Below, piece after piece: positions 24,455-37,410 of a stretch of DNA of 64,000 bases. The notes below the pieces were generated by a model. The model had not been told where the DNA came from and ran no database searches. It saw nothing but the letters and a program-made list of their open reading frames with translations. The position numbers and the translations under genes are program-made. How positions within the stretch are numbered: the stretch's first letter is position 1; each line of letters starts with the position of its first letter. The stretch is from Haliotis rufescens (lineage: Eukaryota). Location: positions 62,001 through 126,000 of the forward strand of contig NW_025963851.1 in NCBI RefSeq assembly GCF_023055435.1, written 5' to 3'.

Positions 24455-24762
24455 TATGTGGCTTCACCCGCGCCATCGACCTGGTGTACCTCGTGGAGGC
24501 CAGCACTCAAACCTTCTCTCTATGGAACGACGTCCTCAACTTCCTCATTGGCGCCTCCGACACCTTCCCCGTCAGCGTGGTCACATTTGGTCAGCAGACG
24601 GTGTCCCAGGTCCGGTTCAACAGCTACACTACCAAGATAGAGCTGTTCACATCCATCCACAATCTCCAGCCTCGGAGAGGGCCTGCTGATCTCGCAACGG
24701 TCCTGCAGGATGTGGACTCCGTGTTTCCAGGTGCCCGCAGAGGAAGACCTGAAGCCAAAAAG
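24455..24762 (+). CDS. Orphan von Willebrand factor A (VWA) domain exon, collagen/matrilin-like
   Basis: TTCCAG| then C...IDLVYLVEAST...VSVVTFG...F.SY.TK.EL...I.NL...G.RPEAKK|GT; open frame, degenerate MIDAS; no partner exons found in the window. Confidence 0.75.
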
Positions 24763-25571
24763 GTCGCAAGTCCTTGTCATGGCGCAGATGATAACACGAT
24801 ATCTTTTGGTCATTGGTGTTTTGGATAGCTGTCTGTCATGTTAGGTGACAGTAGAGAGTGTTTTCAGCGGCAGAAAATGTTTGAAGGGCGAGTAAAATGC
24901 CAGGACATGCTTGATCGTTCTCCAGTTTTGGGATGGGAACGCTTCTGGAAGGCCAATGTCTGAAAACACCGAATTCCAGCCTCTTATTATTAGGTGGTTT
25001 AATGATATGTGAGGGAGTGAGTTAAAATTTTACATCGCATCGGCAATATTGCGGCCCTATTGCGATTATAATGAAATGTTGTCTTGCATTCTGACGGCAT
25101 GTCTAAATTCTTGTTTTACAGGTAAGATTATATTTTACGAGTATCCCACCATATACTGTAGAATCAGTGGTAGTAATATGTGTATCACGAAGCTATGCCC
25201 CTTGCGTTTTGCTTTGGTGAACACAATTATTGAGCTTGTTGATGAATTACACGTTAGGTGCCACCCTTAGGCATATGTATGTACAATATCAAAGGGACCT
25301 TTGTAAGCCTCTCGGTGATGCGCCCACAAGAGTAGAAACGTCACCCTGCACGACTGTAGGAATACCCATACTTATGCACGAAGGCCACATTGTGGTTGTC
25401 CGAGGGCTGTAATTAGATCATTGATAAAATAAGAAAAAACAAGCAGAGATTTCACTACCTTGGCTAACACCTTATTGAATCGTATATCCGTCTGGCTGTT
25501 CCCCCTAGTAAGAAATATAATCCTAAGTGTTTGTATAACAAAGTTGTAGTAGTTGCCCTGTTTTACCTCTG

Positions 25572-25844
25572 GGGGGACGGGTGGCCCAGTCTAAGGCGCC
25601 GCGATTCGCTGTGCAGAGTTGCGTCCCTTGGGCACGAAAGAAACCTATGATTGTGGGTTCGAATCACGGTTCGACAGGTTTGTCAGCACTATACCCGTGC
25701 TCGTGAGTTTCACCGAGGTGGTAAACGTCTAACACCTGCACCACGTGGGGCTTTCCTCCCACATTAAGCTGACACGCCGTGATATAACTGAAATACTCGC
25801 TCACTCACTCACTAACTCACCCAAAACCCAACTCACTCACTCAC
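25572..25844 (+). mobile_element. tRNA-derived SINE family Y
   Basis: GGTGGCCCAGTCTAAGGCGCC head, B box GGTTCGAATC, (ACTC)n tail. Confidence 0.88.
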
Positions 25845-26185
25845 TGTATTACCTTTCATGCTCTGTATTACCTCTTATGCCCTGTATTACCTATCATGCC
25901 CTGTATTACCTCTAATGCCCTGTATTACCTATCATGCCCTGTATTACCTCTAATGCCCTGTATTTCCTATCATGCCCTGTATTACCTCTAATGCCCTGTA
26001 TTACCTCTAATGCCCTGTATTTCCTATCATGCCCTGTATTACCTCTAATGCCCTGTATTACCTCTAATGCCCTGTATTTCCTATCATGCCCTGTATTACA
26101 TCTAATGCCCTGTATTACCTCTGATGCCCTGTACTACCTCTAATGCCCTGTACTACCTCTAATGCCATGTATTACCTCTAATGCT
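25845..26185. repeat. Minisatellite, 19-bp unit
   Basis: ATGCCCTGTATTACCTCTA. Confidence 0.95.
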
Positions 26186-27674
26186 TGCCTTTTACCACGA
26201 ATTACGAAAGCCATAAACTGCACGAGCATTTTGTTTTACTGTTTTCATGCATGACATTTTTTAACAAGTGTGAAAACAATGCCGTTTATCACTTTCAATC
26301 ACTTTCAAATATTAATTATACCAGGTGTTCTCGAGAAGGTGAACGTATCCTGCCCCACAGGTGGCACCCGTCTGTTACAAAGTTAATTGTAATAACGTGA
26401 TAAATTGTAATAAACTACGGAAAATGTTATAACACTGTAGTAAAATGTAATACTGTGGTAAACTGTAATAAAACCTGCTGTAAATTGTTATGACTGCACT
26501 GTGGTAAATTGTTATAAAAACTGCGGCAAATTGTAATTACATCTCTCATTCCTTCAGGCTCCAAACATAATTCGAGTTCCATGGTTTGTTCGACCAAAGC
26601 ATGAGCAGTTCCAACCTCCAGCGAGTTTAACATGTTTAAGGAAAAAGAAAGCGATTTTGTTTAAATTTTGGTGATATCATGTGTGTGTGTCTGTGCCTGT
26701 AAAATAAGTCTAATTATTTCGAATGCTTCAATATATGAAACGAAATTCACGAAGTGTAGACTAGAGCAGTTTTGATTTTATTGTAATAAACACGCAAACA
26801 AATCAATCACAGGACCAAAAGCCAGATTTGACATCATTGGAACAAGCTCAAATAAGTAGACAATGCATGCAATGACAGGAATTGCATATGATTCCCAATA
26901 TGAACTTATTTTGGGCGTTTATTTTATATGAAGCTATACTTTTGAAACATATGATCATCGTGGATTGCTGTATGTACAAGCACCATTGTCATGAATAGTA
27001 CGACACCATATGTAAAAACATAGACCATCTAGAAAATATATACATAAGACATAATGCATCAGATAACAAAATGTTTCTTGGCTTAATAAGAAGAGGAACG
27101 ATCAATCAAGCAGGTCACTATCAGCAGTGTTGTGTACTGACCAGTGCTGACCATAATAATAATTTGCATGGCTATGCACTGCGGCCGCTGGACAATAGAA
27201 TTCATGGAGTGCGATGGGTTTGATGGATACATAGTAAATCATTTTTTGCATAAATCTACATTCTTCAAGGTAAAGAAAAGTTATGTAGAAATAGTGGTCC
27301 TGCAAACAGACACAGTCTTACATGTAGTTTATGTGAGCTTATTAAGCACCCTGAAATGATTCACATGCATGTCTACTTGAAGTACACGTTACATGCACGA
27401 GCGTTGGTTGATGTTCTAAGCCTCACGAAGAAGTAATTGCATATAACTGTTGTGGACACTACACAAGTCATATAGGTGTATCCACTAAACCATCCTCCAA
27501 AACAACACTCGAACCTTGCACTTTGTGCCACATTCCTGACCAAACATATTCCAATATTAGAATACAGAACCTTGATGTCTCCAAGTCCGATTATACTATT
27601 ACCACATTATAATATTACCAAACGTCTCCATTTAAGAAGCATTTATATTCAAATCTAGCAAATAGAACGAGTCT

Positions 27675-27767
27675 TCAGTCAACGTCTTCAACACTCCAGG
27701 AGTCGTACCACGTCAGCACCGATCGCGACATTATCAGAGCGACCACCACGACTCTGAAACCTTTTCC
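27675..27767 (-). pseudogene. Last exon of a diverged HHIPL paralog, internally deleted
   Basis: Homologous to 15481-15598; flanking intron and 3' UTR homology spans about 27490-28055. Confidence 0.7.
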
Positions 27768-30259
27768 CTGAAACAGAACATCAGAAAATATCTACTGCTG
27801 GAACCAATGTGAATTTATAGTGTTTTTGAGGGAAAGGCCGTTGATGTTTTGGAGGTGGAGGGGATGGGGGTGGAGGGGGTTTGTTTCATTGTTTAACAAA
27901 TACTGGAGGCAATATTTTGACCGCAGAGTTTACATTTAAAATATAACTGTTCACTGGACCCATGGGATGTCCTGAAACAAATGTGTTGTGGTTCCTAACA
28001 ATATTATCGGACCTTTAGTCGGTATAGTCAATGCTTTATCAACTGTTACCTGTAATGTGTGTTCCGTCCTGGTGCAGGCATACCTTTGCTTAAACCTAAG
28101 GTTAATACATTGGCGTACCTCCGAGACGTCTTGAAGATCATTTTTCACCCTGGATATCAAGCCTGAGCCTATTTCGGAAGCTTGACAACTGTTGCTGCTG
28201 AATATTATTATCCTTGTCTTTATTGCTGTTGTATTTATACTGCCATTGTACTTGTACTGCCATTTGATTTTGTACTGCCATTCCATTGTGTACTGTCAAT
28301 GTAATTACTTTGAAGGAATTTGTATTAAATTGTAAACCTAGTTAATTTTATAATACAATTGGAAGTCGACACATAAAAGCATACATTATCCATATCACCA
28401 TGTTCATTCTAGCTTTGCATAAATACATGTTGCTTTATCCCATTGCCTAAAAACATATAGTTTGATCCGTGCTTGAATTGACAAAGGAAATCTTATCATG
28501 AATCTTTTCTCAACCAGCAATTGTCCACACTAAATTAGGCAGCACATTTGACACAAGCTATTCAGGAAGATACATTAATTGATGGTAATTTTCTTTAATG
28601 TCGACTTTGAGCAGAGCCTAAATTTGTTTTGACATGAAAATGTTGCATATTGACACAGTTTTGTAGTCTACTTCCGGAATGGGCCTGTATAGGCTACCAT
28701 TCATCGCAGCATATTTTAATTCTATACGCAGGATAAATACATTTATCATATAATGGGTAGGTTTCTTGGCAGGATAAAGCCAACGGATAAAAACGATATC
28801 CGTTGGGGTTATAAGCGGATAAGGATGCAAATTTTAAAGGTCAAGTAGGGACTACTTTCACTGTTTATAAACAAACATGTCGTCGCCCTCGTCATTCGGC
28901 GATCGAGTCAGAATTAACTATCGGGAATCTGGATAAACTATCATTATCAAAAGAACAGTCTAATATACTGAAAATCAGTGTCTAACTGTGACGTAGCTAA
29001 GGCATTTTATAAGTTTTGTCAACTTTGGAGATATAAATTTTGAAACAATTTTGCGAGGGCACTAGGCCTAGCCAAGCGAGATCATTAGCAACATCTGTGC
29101 TTGTAGACCTCTGCAGCTTGAAACCTTCTCCACAAATTAAAATAGTTGGATTTGGACGAAATATGTTTGAATTGTTACTTTGTTACGTTTTGTCGCTGTG
29201 TGTACATCTGACTACACTTCTTAACGTTATGACAGGACAGACCGACTGCCAACAACGTCTGACCGTGGCCGTGACGTCTCATAGACTAGGGTTAGAGTAG
29301 CTTCCCTTTGACAAAGGGCAGTTACTCTAGCGGACAGACCGATGGATTGCCGCGAAAGGCAATTAAAAACTAGTATTGTTGTTGCTTCGCCACTGTATAA
29401 GAAACAGTTTTCAGTTGGAACTAAATTGGCTACTTGCACTGTCCGACTGACACATCACCTAGCCTGTGATGTAATAAATATCAATGCGCGCATTCCAGGA
29501 AAACTCGCAGTGTTTCGGTAATGTTTGTGACAGAGGGAAAGCGATTTTGAAGCACAGAATTAAAGAATGACATTATATGATAAAGAGGTTATCACGCTTG
29601 TGTGTTTGGGGATGGTAAATATCCTGTATTAGGAATAAACACTATGTATTTAGCTCGCCAAGGCTCGCTAAATACAATGTTTGTGGTTTGTGATTGTTCA
29701 TAAATGCCATGTGTGCATCTTGCATCAATAATATGGAGGAATGATCGTCGATAATGGAATAATTTGGCCAATAATAGCATTGGCCAGTCTTGGCCTGGAC
29801 CGGTCCGGCTTTAAAGCAATCCCCTCGCTGGGTGTATTCAGTATGGTGATACTACTGACTCAACACTAGCCTCCAATCTGGTCACCGTCTACCCCGACAA
29901 TGACTCACAGTCTCATCAAAATGAATGAATATGTTTACAATTATTAGTGGAATCCCTCATCCAAGTGGTAGCCCTAGCAGCGGTCCCATACACTTGTATC
30001 GAGTTGTTTCAAGCTATGTCATCTCAGAACCATGTCAAATACAATATGTCATATACAATTTTCAAATAGTTTTTCTATCTCAACATTACAAGAACAATGA
30101 TTCATCAGTATCGGTATAATTCTGTACACTGCAGGTCGCCCTTAAAAGATCTGGTACAGAACGTTTTATCAACAGTTGATGCCAATTTTCTAACGATCAA
30201 CACCCTCATCTTATTATGCAACTGGATATTACACAACACACCAAGTTAAAGCCTCAAAG

Positions 30260-30790
30260 TGTATTCAAGCCTCCCCCACTATAACACACATACGTTATGT
30301 AAGCCTTCCCCCAAAACATACGTACGTTATGCAAGCCTTCCCACTTTAATTTATCACCCGTATGTTATGCAAGCCTCTCTCACTATATCACACTTACAGT
30401 ATTCAAGCCTCTCCCACTATAACACACATACGTTATGCAAGCCTCTCCCACTATAACACACATACCGTATTCAAGCCTCTCCCACTATAACACACATACG
30501 TTATGCAAGCCTCTCCCACTATAACACACATACCGTATTCAAGCCTCCCCCACAATAACACACATACCGTAATCAAGCCTCCCCCACTATAACACACATA
30601 CTGTATTCAAGCCTCCACCACTAAAACACGCATACTGTATTCAAGCCTCCAACACGATAACACACATACTGTATTCAAGCCTCTCCCACTATAACACGTA
30701 TACCGTATTCAAGCCTCCCCCACAATAACATACATACCGTATTCAAGGCTCCCCTGCTATAACACACATTCGTTATGCAAGTTTCTCCCA
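30260..30790. repeat. Minisatellite, 34-bp unit
   Basis: GTATTCAAGCCTCTCCCACTATAACACACATACC. Confidence 0.93.
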
Positions 30791-30846
30791 TTCCGAGTTC
30801 GAACTTAACCCCAGCAACCCGTGATTGTCGTACGAGGCGATTTTAT

Positions 30847-31130
30847 GGATCAGGTGGTCAGGTTCGGTGACTTAATAGAACGGGTGGTCAGGTTCGGTGA
30901 CTAAATAGATCGGGTGATCAGGCTCGGTGAGTAAATAGATCGGGTCGTCTGGTTCAGTGACTAAATAGATCGGGCAGTCAGGCTCAGTTACTAAATAGAT
31001 CGGGTGGTCAGACTCGGTGACTTAATAGATCAGGTGGTCAGGCTCGGTGACTAAATAGATCAGGTGGTCAGGTTCGGTGACTAAATAGATCGGGTGGTCA
31101 GGCGCGGTGACTAAATAGATCGGGTGATCT
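30847..31130. repeat. Minisatellite, 30-bp unit derived from the family X core
   Basis: TAGATCGGGTGGTCAGGCTCGGTGACTAAA, about 9 copies, following a family X 5' segment. Confidence 0.93.
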
Positions 31131-31574
31131 TTGTGGATATCACACAAGCAGGTTTTTCAAAGGCCTGAGTGTTAGACCGGCTGCAACTTGAAGACATTTA
31201 GAATGTATTCTTTTCATAATATTTATTTTTTTTAAATCCCCAAATGTCAAAACCATACTTCAAAATCGGAGCAATCGTTGAGAATGACATTATGTCATAA
31301 GAGATCAGTACGCTCGTGTGTATCCGTATCGTCAATATATTCCTACAATATGACATTGGGGTTACACACGAAGGTAATAATTCATATATCCTTTTACGTC
31401 CCTCGAGCCTCAAGTGCAAACAACAGCTTGTGATAACATAATATCAAATATTCATAATTAATTCTTTTAAGATAAGGGCTTGCAACAGGGAAAACCAGAC
31501 ATAACCTTGCAGAAGTTCGATTTATCATCTAGGTCCACCATGACGTCCTATCTATAGCTATCTTTAACCTTTTC

Positions 31575-31711
31575 TGTCATATGACCCAACATCACCAGTT
31601 TGTCCTGAACCTGAGATGACATATTTTGACTTGTTTCTGAGCTTATCAACAAACCTCTCCCAGCCCGCATTACGTCTCCACCGAGAGACGGTGTCAGGAC
31701 ACAAGGTGAGT
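31575..31711 (+). promoter_or_regulatory. Putative TRIM promoter/non-coding first exon, diverged paralog (donor AAG|GTGAGT at 31705/31706)
   Basis: Homologous to 5250-5399. Confidence 0.55.
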
Positions 31712-32076
31712 TGGAGTGCTACACAGCATTTAGTATTGGTCGTGGTAAGTGACTGTTAAAGAAGGGGGAGGGGTAAAATAATTGTTTTGATTAATATGAA
31801 CATTTTTAAGGGACAGAGCATTTATTATAGGGTGGGGAGGGGAAATGAAACATATCCCCTCTCCAAACCTAATTGCACTATATGACCAATCCCTTATTTT
31901 AAATGTATACACAATATTACGTTGTTTAGATATGTTGAATGTATGCTGTATTACACGGGGTGTTCATTGGCGAACGTAATTGAATGGTGTTAAAAACTGA
32001 TGACCTTATGTTCTACCACCCTCACACCCAGTGTCCTATATCTCCATTCTAGCATGATCATCTTATTATGGAGAAT

Positions 32077-32351
32077 GGGGCACTAGTGGTCCAGTCGTCT
32101 TTAGGCGCCGCGATTCGCTGTGCAGAGTTGCGTCCCTTGGGAACGCCAGATATCTATGATTGTGGGTTCGAATACCGGCTCGCCCCGATTATGTTTCTAG
32201 GTTTTTCAGCACCATACCCGTCCTCGTGGGTCTCACCGAAGTGTTAAACGTCTGAGACTTGCATCACTTCGGGCTTTCCTCTCACATTAAGCTGACACGC
32301 CGTGATATAACTAGAATACTGTTAAAAGCGGCGTTAAACCCACTCACTCAC
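32077..32351 (+). mobile_element. tRNA-derived SINE family Y with a 13-bp TSD
   Basis: TSD TATTATGGAGAAT at 32064-32076 and 32352-32364; truncated counterpart at 55868-56022. Confidence 0.92.
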
Positions 32352-32599
32352 TATTATGGAGAATACAGAAGGGACATCCTATGTCTAGACGTGTGTTGTG
32401 TGAAAGTGAGACATTGTCTTGTTGAAGAGATCATTAACAGTCCATCCCTCATTTAGTCTTATCCTCAGTGGCGATCTGTTAATTAATTATATACTTTCTT
32501 TTGCCCACTAGTTTATTATAGGTAAAACAAATGTTTACGCAAGATGTGGTCAGGTGGGCCAGACACCAAACTGAGATGGTGTTCCCAAGACTTCCTCAC

Positions 32600-32790
32600 A
32601 GAATGCCGATCTGAAACATTGCCGCTTTTGCAGCCAAATTGTTACTGTAGTCTATGAATTTTGGTGCTGAGTATAAAACCATCTGCTATATTAGGAAATT
32701 TTAAATGTACACTTTTCAAATGATTTGTTTTATAAAATCCCCAAAATTTCGAATCATACTTTAAAGTCGGGGCAAGCGTTGTGCTAATTC
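32600..32790 (-). mobile_element. Small LINE ORF2 3' fragment
   Basis: LAPTLKYDSKFWGF...KSVHLKF resembles the post-RT PIL.YG.E.WG motif; related pieces at 31150-31290 and 54880-55075. Confidence 0.5.
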
Positions 32791-34105
32791 ACATATAGTC
32801 AAGGGGACAGCTATTTTACTTTATTGTTTTGTTTTGAATACCCTGCTGATATGTTTTCCGGTGAGGTATGCTCTGTGGAATTACAGAATATAAGAACAAA
32901 TAATACATCTCCCATTAGAGGTCGTCAATGTACATATGGGCTGAGTACAGATGACGATTGGAGTAGTCTATTATTCTATAGGTAGATTCATTTTGGCCCC
33001 TTTTTTAAGTACTCATGATGTGAGTGAGCGGAATAAATTACAAACAGACTCTAACTAGCACTCCTTCACTGAACAAACCAATCTGATTTTGTGTCTATAT
33101 AGCTAGTTGGTTTATAATTCGTTTGTAATTCAAACTATGAACAAAATTGATTATACGACTGTTGGTATTGGTCAGAAATTGGTCATTTAGTTCGTGTATT
33201 TGTTTCAAAGTAAACCGTGTACACGCAACCTGCAGTCTTTTTAGGCATTGTAAACTCAACACTAAAATCTGTCAGTTATCCTCGACATGGGCTGGAAGAA
33301 CGTTTACAAAGATTCTTAATATGAATTGTCAATAAAATAACTTCCTACACACGGAAGCTCGATACACTAATTACTATATCAGTTCTCTAGTGAGTTAATT
33401 ACCATATCATCCAAAGGTCGTACGACTGTGATGTTCTGCTTCACACACAAAGACGACCATAGATCAAGGTGATGTGAACAATGGTTGTATCACTGCTGTT
33501 TGTTGGATAAAGATACCACGTCAATTACACTCAGTTTGTAGTCAGTTAGGAGACTGTCACCGTCAGTGGTTGGGATGACCCTGTCTATATACTCCTATCA
33601 TTAACATTATACATAATGACTCGTGAGTTAAATACCTTTGAACGGTTGGGTGTTGTCAATACGTGCCGGTTTCTGTCCAAGGTTAATCTCCCTGCTGTCA
33701 GGCGGGGCTGGTGATTGGGCGTCTGTACTCGAGTCAAAGGTTTATCTCTGAATGTATTGTAGCTGTTGCAGGTTGGGGGACGCTAGATCTGTTGAGTGGT
33801 TAACGTTCCGTGGTTCGATCCCAGCGTGGACATAGATTGTTAACACACCCGTCTTGATCTAATTATAAGGTATGTGGTCTCTGGTTTTACAGACATTTAT
33901 CGTCGTAACACATGCACAATCTCTTTATCAGTTGCCTTATTCTTATTCTTTTGTCGGTAGTGGCTATCATTGGAGTACGACGTCGGACACGTGTATGGGT
34001 GCGTGACACTTGAATGCATGATCCAAGTATACAGGACTTTGTTACTTGTGATAGTTTAACTGTTATAGATATGCCGTGTGAGGCCAAAGAAGCCATGAGC
34101 AAGTA

Positions 34106-35120
34106 TACTCTTCAAAATAAGAAACGCAATACGAACATTTTGGGCCATTTAAGCAATAGTAGCTGACAAAGAGGTGCACAATGAAGAGATTTAACTTTTG
34201 TGGTGTCAGTGACAAAGTTTGCGGATGAAAATGACTACAACAAGGACATGCAAACCATTAGTCGGGAAACACGTACGATTCGGAAAAAGGCACCCAGGGC
34301 ATTAACAAAAGGGCGATTGAGCTGCACGTAGCCAGGAATTCCAATGTAAGGTCCAGCACCATCACAGTGCTATGGGATCGGTTTCAACAGCATGGGTCAC
34401 CATGTGAACGGCCAAGGACGACAAAGAGTTACCACCCCCGCCCAAGATCGCTACATCCGACTGTACCACTTACATGAAAGCATAACCACAGCCACCTGAA
34501 CCGCATCCCAAATACCCGAACTACGCAGAATCTCCGAACACATTGTACGAAACCGTTTAAGAGCAGCAGGTCAACAAGCAAGACGTCCTATTCGACGCGT
34601 CATATTAAGTCGACAACATCATCAACAACGACTGCATTGGTGTCGTCAACACCGGCTGTGGCCTCAACTGCGATGGATGTCTTGTTCAGCAACCAATGAA
34701 GATTTCGCCTCCGTCGAGGGGGTGGAAAAGCACTGGTCTACAGACTTCGGGGAGAACGTTTCACCGGAAACTGCGTACAGGAAGCGGACAGGTTGGGTGG
34801 GGGTAGTGTATTGATGTTGGGGGCTATCTCTCATCATGGCAGGACAGGTTTGGTGGGGGTAGCGTTATGATGTTGGGGCAATCTCTCATCACGGCAGGAC
34901 AGGTTTGGTCCATATCCAGGGCAATCTTTCGACTCAACGATACATCAACGAAATTCTCCAACCACACGTCCTCCCAATTGCAGCCAACGGCAACGGTGTA
35001 TTCCAGCAGGATAACGCTCGACCGCATACAGCACGGATCACAAAAGCCTTTCTACACAACAACAATGTTGATGTTCTCCCCTGGACCCCACATCCCCGTA
35101 TTTGAACCCGATAGAGCACC
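34106..35120 (+). mobile_element. Tc1/mariner element 1, 3'-truncated, degenerate transposase
   Basis: TA|TACTCTTCAAAATAAGAAACGC left TIR; GGGSVM, FQQDNARPHTAR and LNPIEHL motifs; ends at (GT)n(GA)n. Confidence 0.9.
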
Positions 35121-35121
35121 T

Positions 35122-35205
35122 ATGTGTGTGTAGAGAGTGTGTGTGTGTGTGTGAGAGAGAGAGACAGACAGACAGACAGAGAGAGCCTTAGAGAGACAGA
35201 GAGAG
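35122..35205. repeat. (GT)n/(GA)n/(GACA)n compound microsatellite
   Basis: Direct; counterpart at 58887-58981. Confidence 0.9.
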
Positions 35206-35265
35206 TCACAGTGAGATATATGCTTCCAATAAGTCTCATCTGTATATATGCCTTCGTACAATATA

Positions 35266-36806
35266 TACTCAACAACAAAAGTTCCTGTGACACCAACATT
35301 GTAGTGTATTTTTCAAACAAGTAAAGTTTGGTTTTCAATATTGTAGTACATGTATGGAATCAAGCCACGAAAAGGCAACTACTACAGAAAAGCATGTATT
35401 CTATGCAAAGGTTGACCTATATGCAAGCCCCATGCATTTCATTACCCAAGAATGGGTATGAAACATGTGCGTTAACGGGATTCCATATGTATTGTTTAAC
35501 ATCGTGCTGACAACAAACACTCAGAAAAACAACACAATTACGCAATTATTCAACATTACGAAATGACACGCCTGTCCGAAAATGAGCGTCTGCGAGCCAT
35601 CGGTATGCTTGAAGCAGGATCGAGTCAACGTGATGTTGCAAGACAATTTAACGTCCACAGAAACACCATTTGGTGTTTATGGCAACGTTGGCAACAAACG
35701 AATGCAGTCACGTCGCTGCCACGATGTGTTGCAAGACAATTTAACGTCAACCGAAACACAGACAAATACAGTCAGAGACCATCCTCAGAGTGGCAGGCCA
35801 CGCGTAACCAATAATCGACAAGATAACTGGATTCGAACAACACACCTACGAAATCGATTCCAGCCAACAACAGTGACTGCAAGCAGCATCCCTGGCCTTG
35901 GACGAATATCTTCATAAACCGTACGTCGCCGCCTCCAATGTGCAGGGAGGTCGCCACGAAGACCCGCCAGATGTCCCATTTTGAGAGGAAACCACCGTCA
36001 ATGACGTCTACAGTGGTGCAGACAGCATCTACGCTGGACGGCCATGCAGCGGGGTCAAGTTCTATTCACTGACGAGTCTCGTTTTAACAGCGATGTACGG
36101 ATTCGAGTGTACCGACGTCGAGGTGAACGTTACGTCAATCATTGTGTCATGGAAGAAGATCGGTTCGGGGAGGCAGTGTTATGGTATGGGGTGGGATTAC
36201 AGCAAGGCAGAGGACCCGTTTGATAGTGGTAGAGGGAAATCTTAATGGACAGCGCTACTGCGACGAGATGATCGGCCCTGTTGTTCTACCGTTTTTGCGT
36301 CGTCATGGCATTACCTTTCAACATGCCAACGCCCGGCCTCATATTGTTGACTTGTTCAGGAATCTCTTCAACAAAACAACGTGAATGTCATCCCCTTGCC
36401 GGTTCGCTCCCCTGATCTCTCACCAATCGAGCACATGTGGGATGAGATGGATCGGTGACTTCGACGTCAACCACGTGTTTCACAGACACTCCAGGAACAT
36501 CGAAACATGCTCCAGCAGACAGATATCCCACAGGACTTTGTGCGACGCCTGGTCCATTCCAAGAGACGAAGACGTGTTGCTTGCATCGCAACCAGAGGTG
36601 GACACTATTGATTTGTAAATTGACGTTTTGGGATCATTTTTTTTTTTATGAAATCACGCATTTTCTGAAGTCAGTATGGCAAATTACACCATTTGAACAC
36701 TTGCAGGAGTCTTTTATCTGTTGCAAACCGAAATTGTTCAGATTTGTGAAAACATAACTTTGCATTAAATCTTATTCAGTGTCACAGGAACTTTTGTTGT
36801 TCAGTA
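35266..36806 (+). mobile_element. Full-length Tc1 element 2 with 28-bp TIRs and TA TSD; transposase pseudogene about 35563-36612
   Basis: TACTCAACAACAAAAGTTCCTGTGACAC ... GTGTCACAGGAACTTTTGTTGTTCAGTA; MTRLSENERLRAIGML, VLFTDESRF, GGSVMVWG, SPDLSPIEH. Confidence 0.95.
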
Positions 36807-37410
36807 TATATAATATCCACTTTTGACTATCATGCGGTTTCTTCCACTATGTTCATTTGGTTGTAGTACCAATTAACATATTGATGTTTGTGTGATGTAT
36901 GTAAGTAATCATAATCATATTATTATTTTTAATCGGACGTTGTCATCCATATTTTTTTTAAATATTTGGAGAGAGACGCATTATGGAAAATAGAAGTATA
37001 ATACACTTGATTATCAAGGATGTAGGCATTCGGAAAACGTTTAATGTATTTTTCTTACTTCGTTGGGTATACTCATCACGTGGCACCACCCCACAATTCA
37101 AATGCTACAGAAGTCAAGTCCATTCGCTAGGCCCTGTATGGCCAGTGAAGTGTGGATGGCGGCATGATTTAATCCTTTCAATAGATCTTCCAATTGCGAG
37201 GATCGATGCTCATGACCGGATTGTCTGGTCCAGACTCGATTATTTACAGAATGTCATCATATTGAATGAATATTGCTGAGTGAGGCGTTAAACAACAAAC
37301 GAACAAAAACATCTTCAGTAGTTGACAAATCTACAGTAAACGGAATAATACTATAGCTCACCATTCTATTGTTTAATTTCTTTGTTTCTTGAGTTCCTTT
37401 CGACATGATA

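Larger units (their letters stand above)
2077..35230 (+). repeat. Segmental duplication unit 1 (TRIM-A, HHIPL-A 3' exons, spacer)
   Basis: Colinear homology to 35231-59006: 2077~35231, 7976~39438, 19224~47469, 25845~48967, 34106~57462. Confidence 0.92.

Noticed and set aside
27102-28286. ORFs suggesting a viral or novel gene repeated at 15.2, 27.4, 46.4 and 50.7 kb
   Set aside because: The shared homology is explained by the HHIPL last exon, its 3' UTR and intron; frames are not conserved outside the exon
35563-36612. Active Tc1 transposase
   Set aside because: Multiple stops and frameshifts in every copy; the second catalytic Asp is mutated in this one
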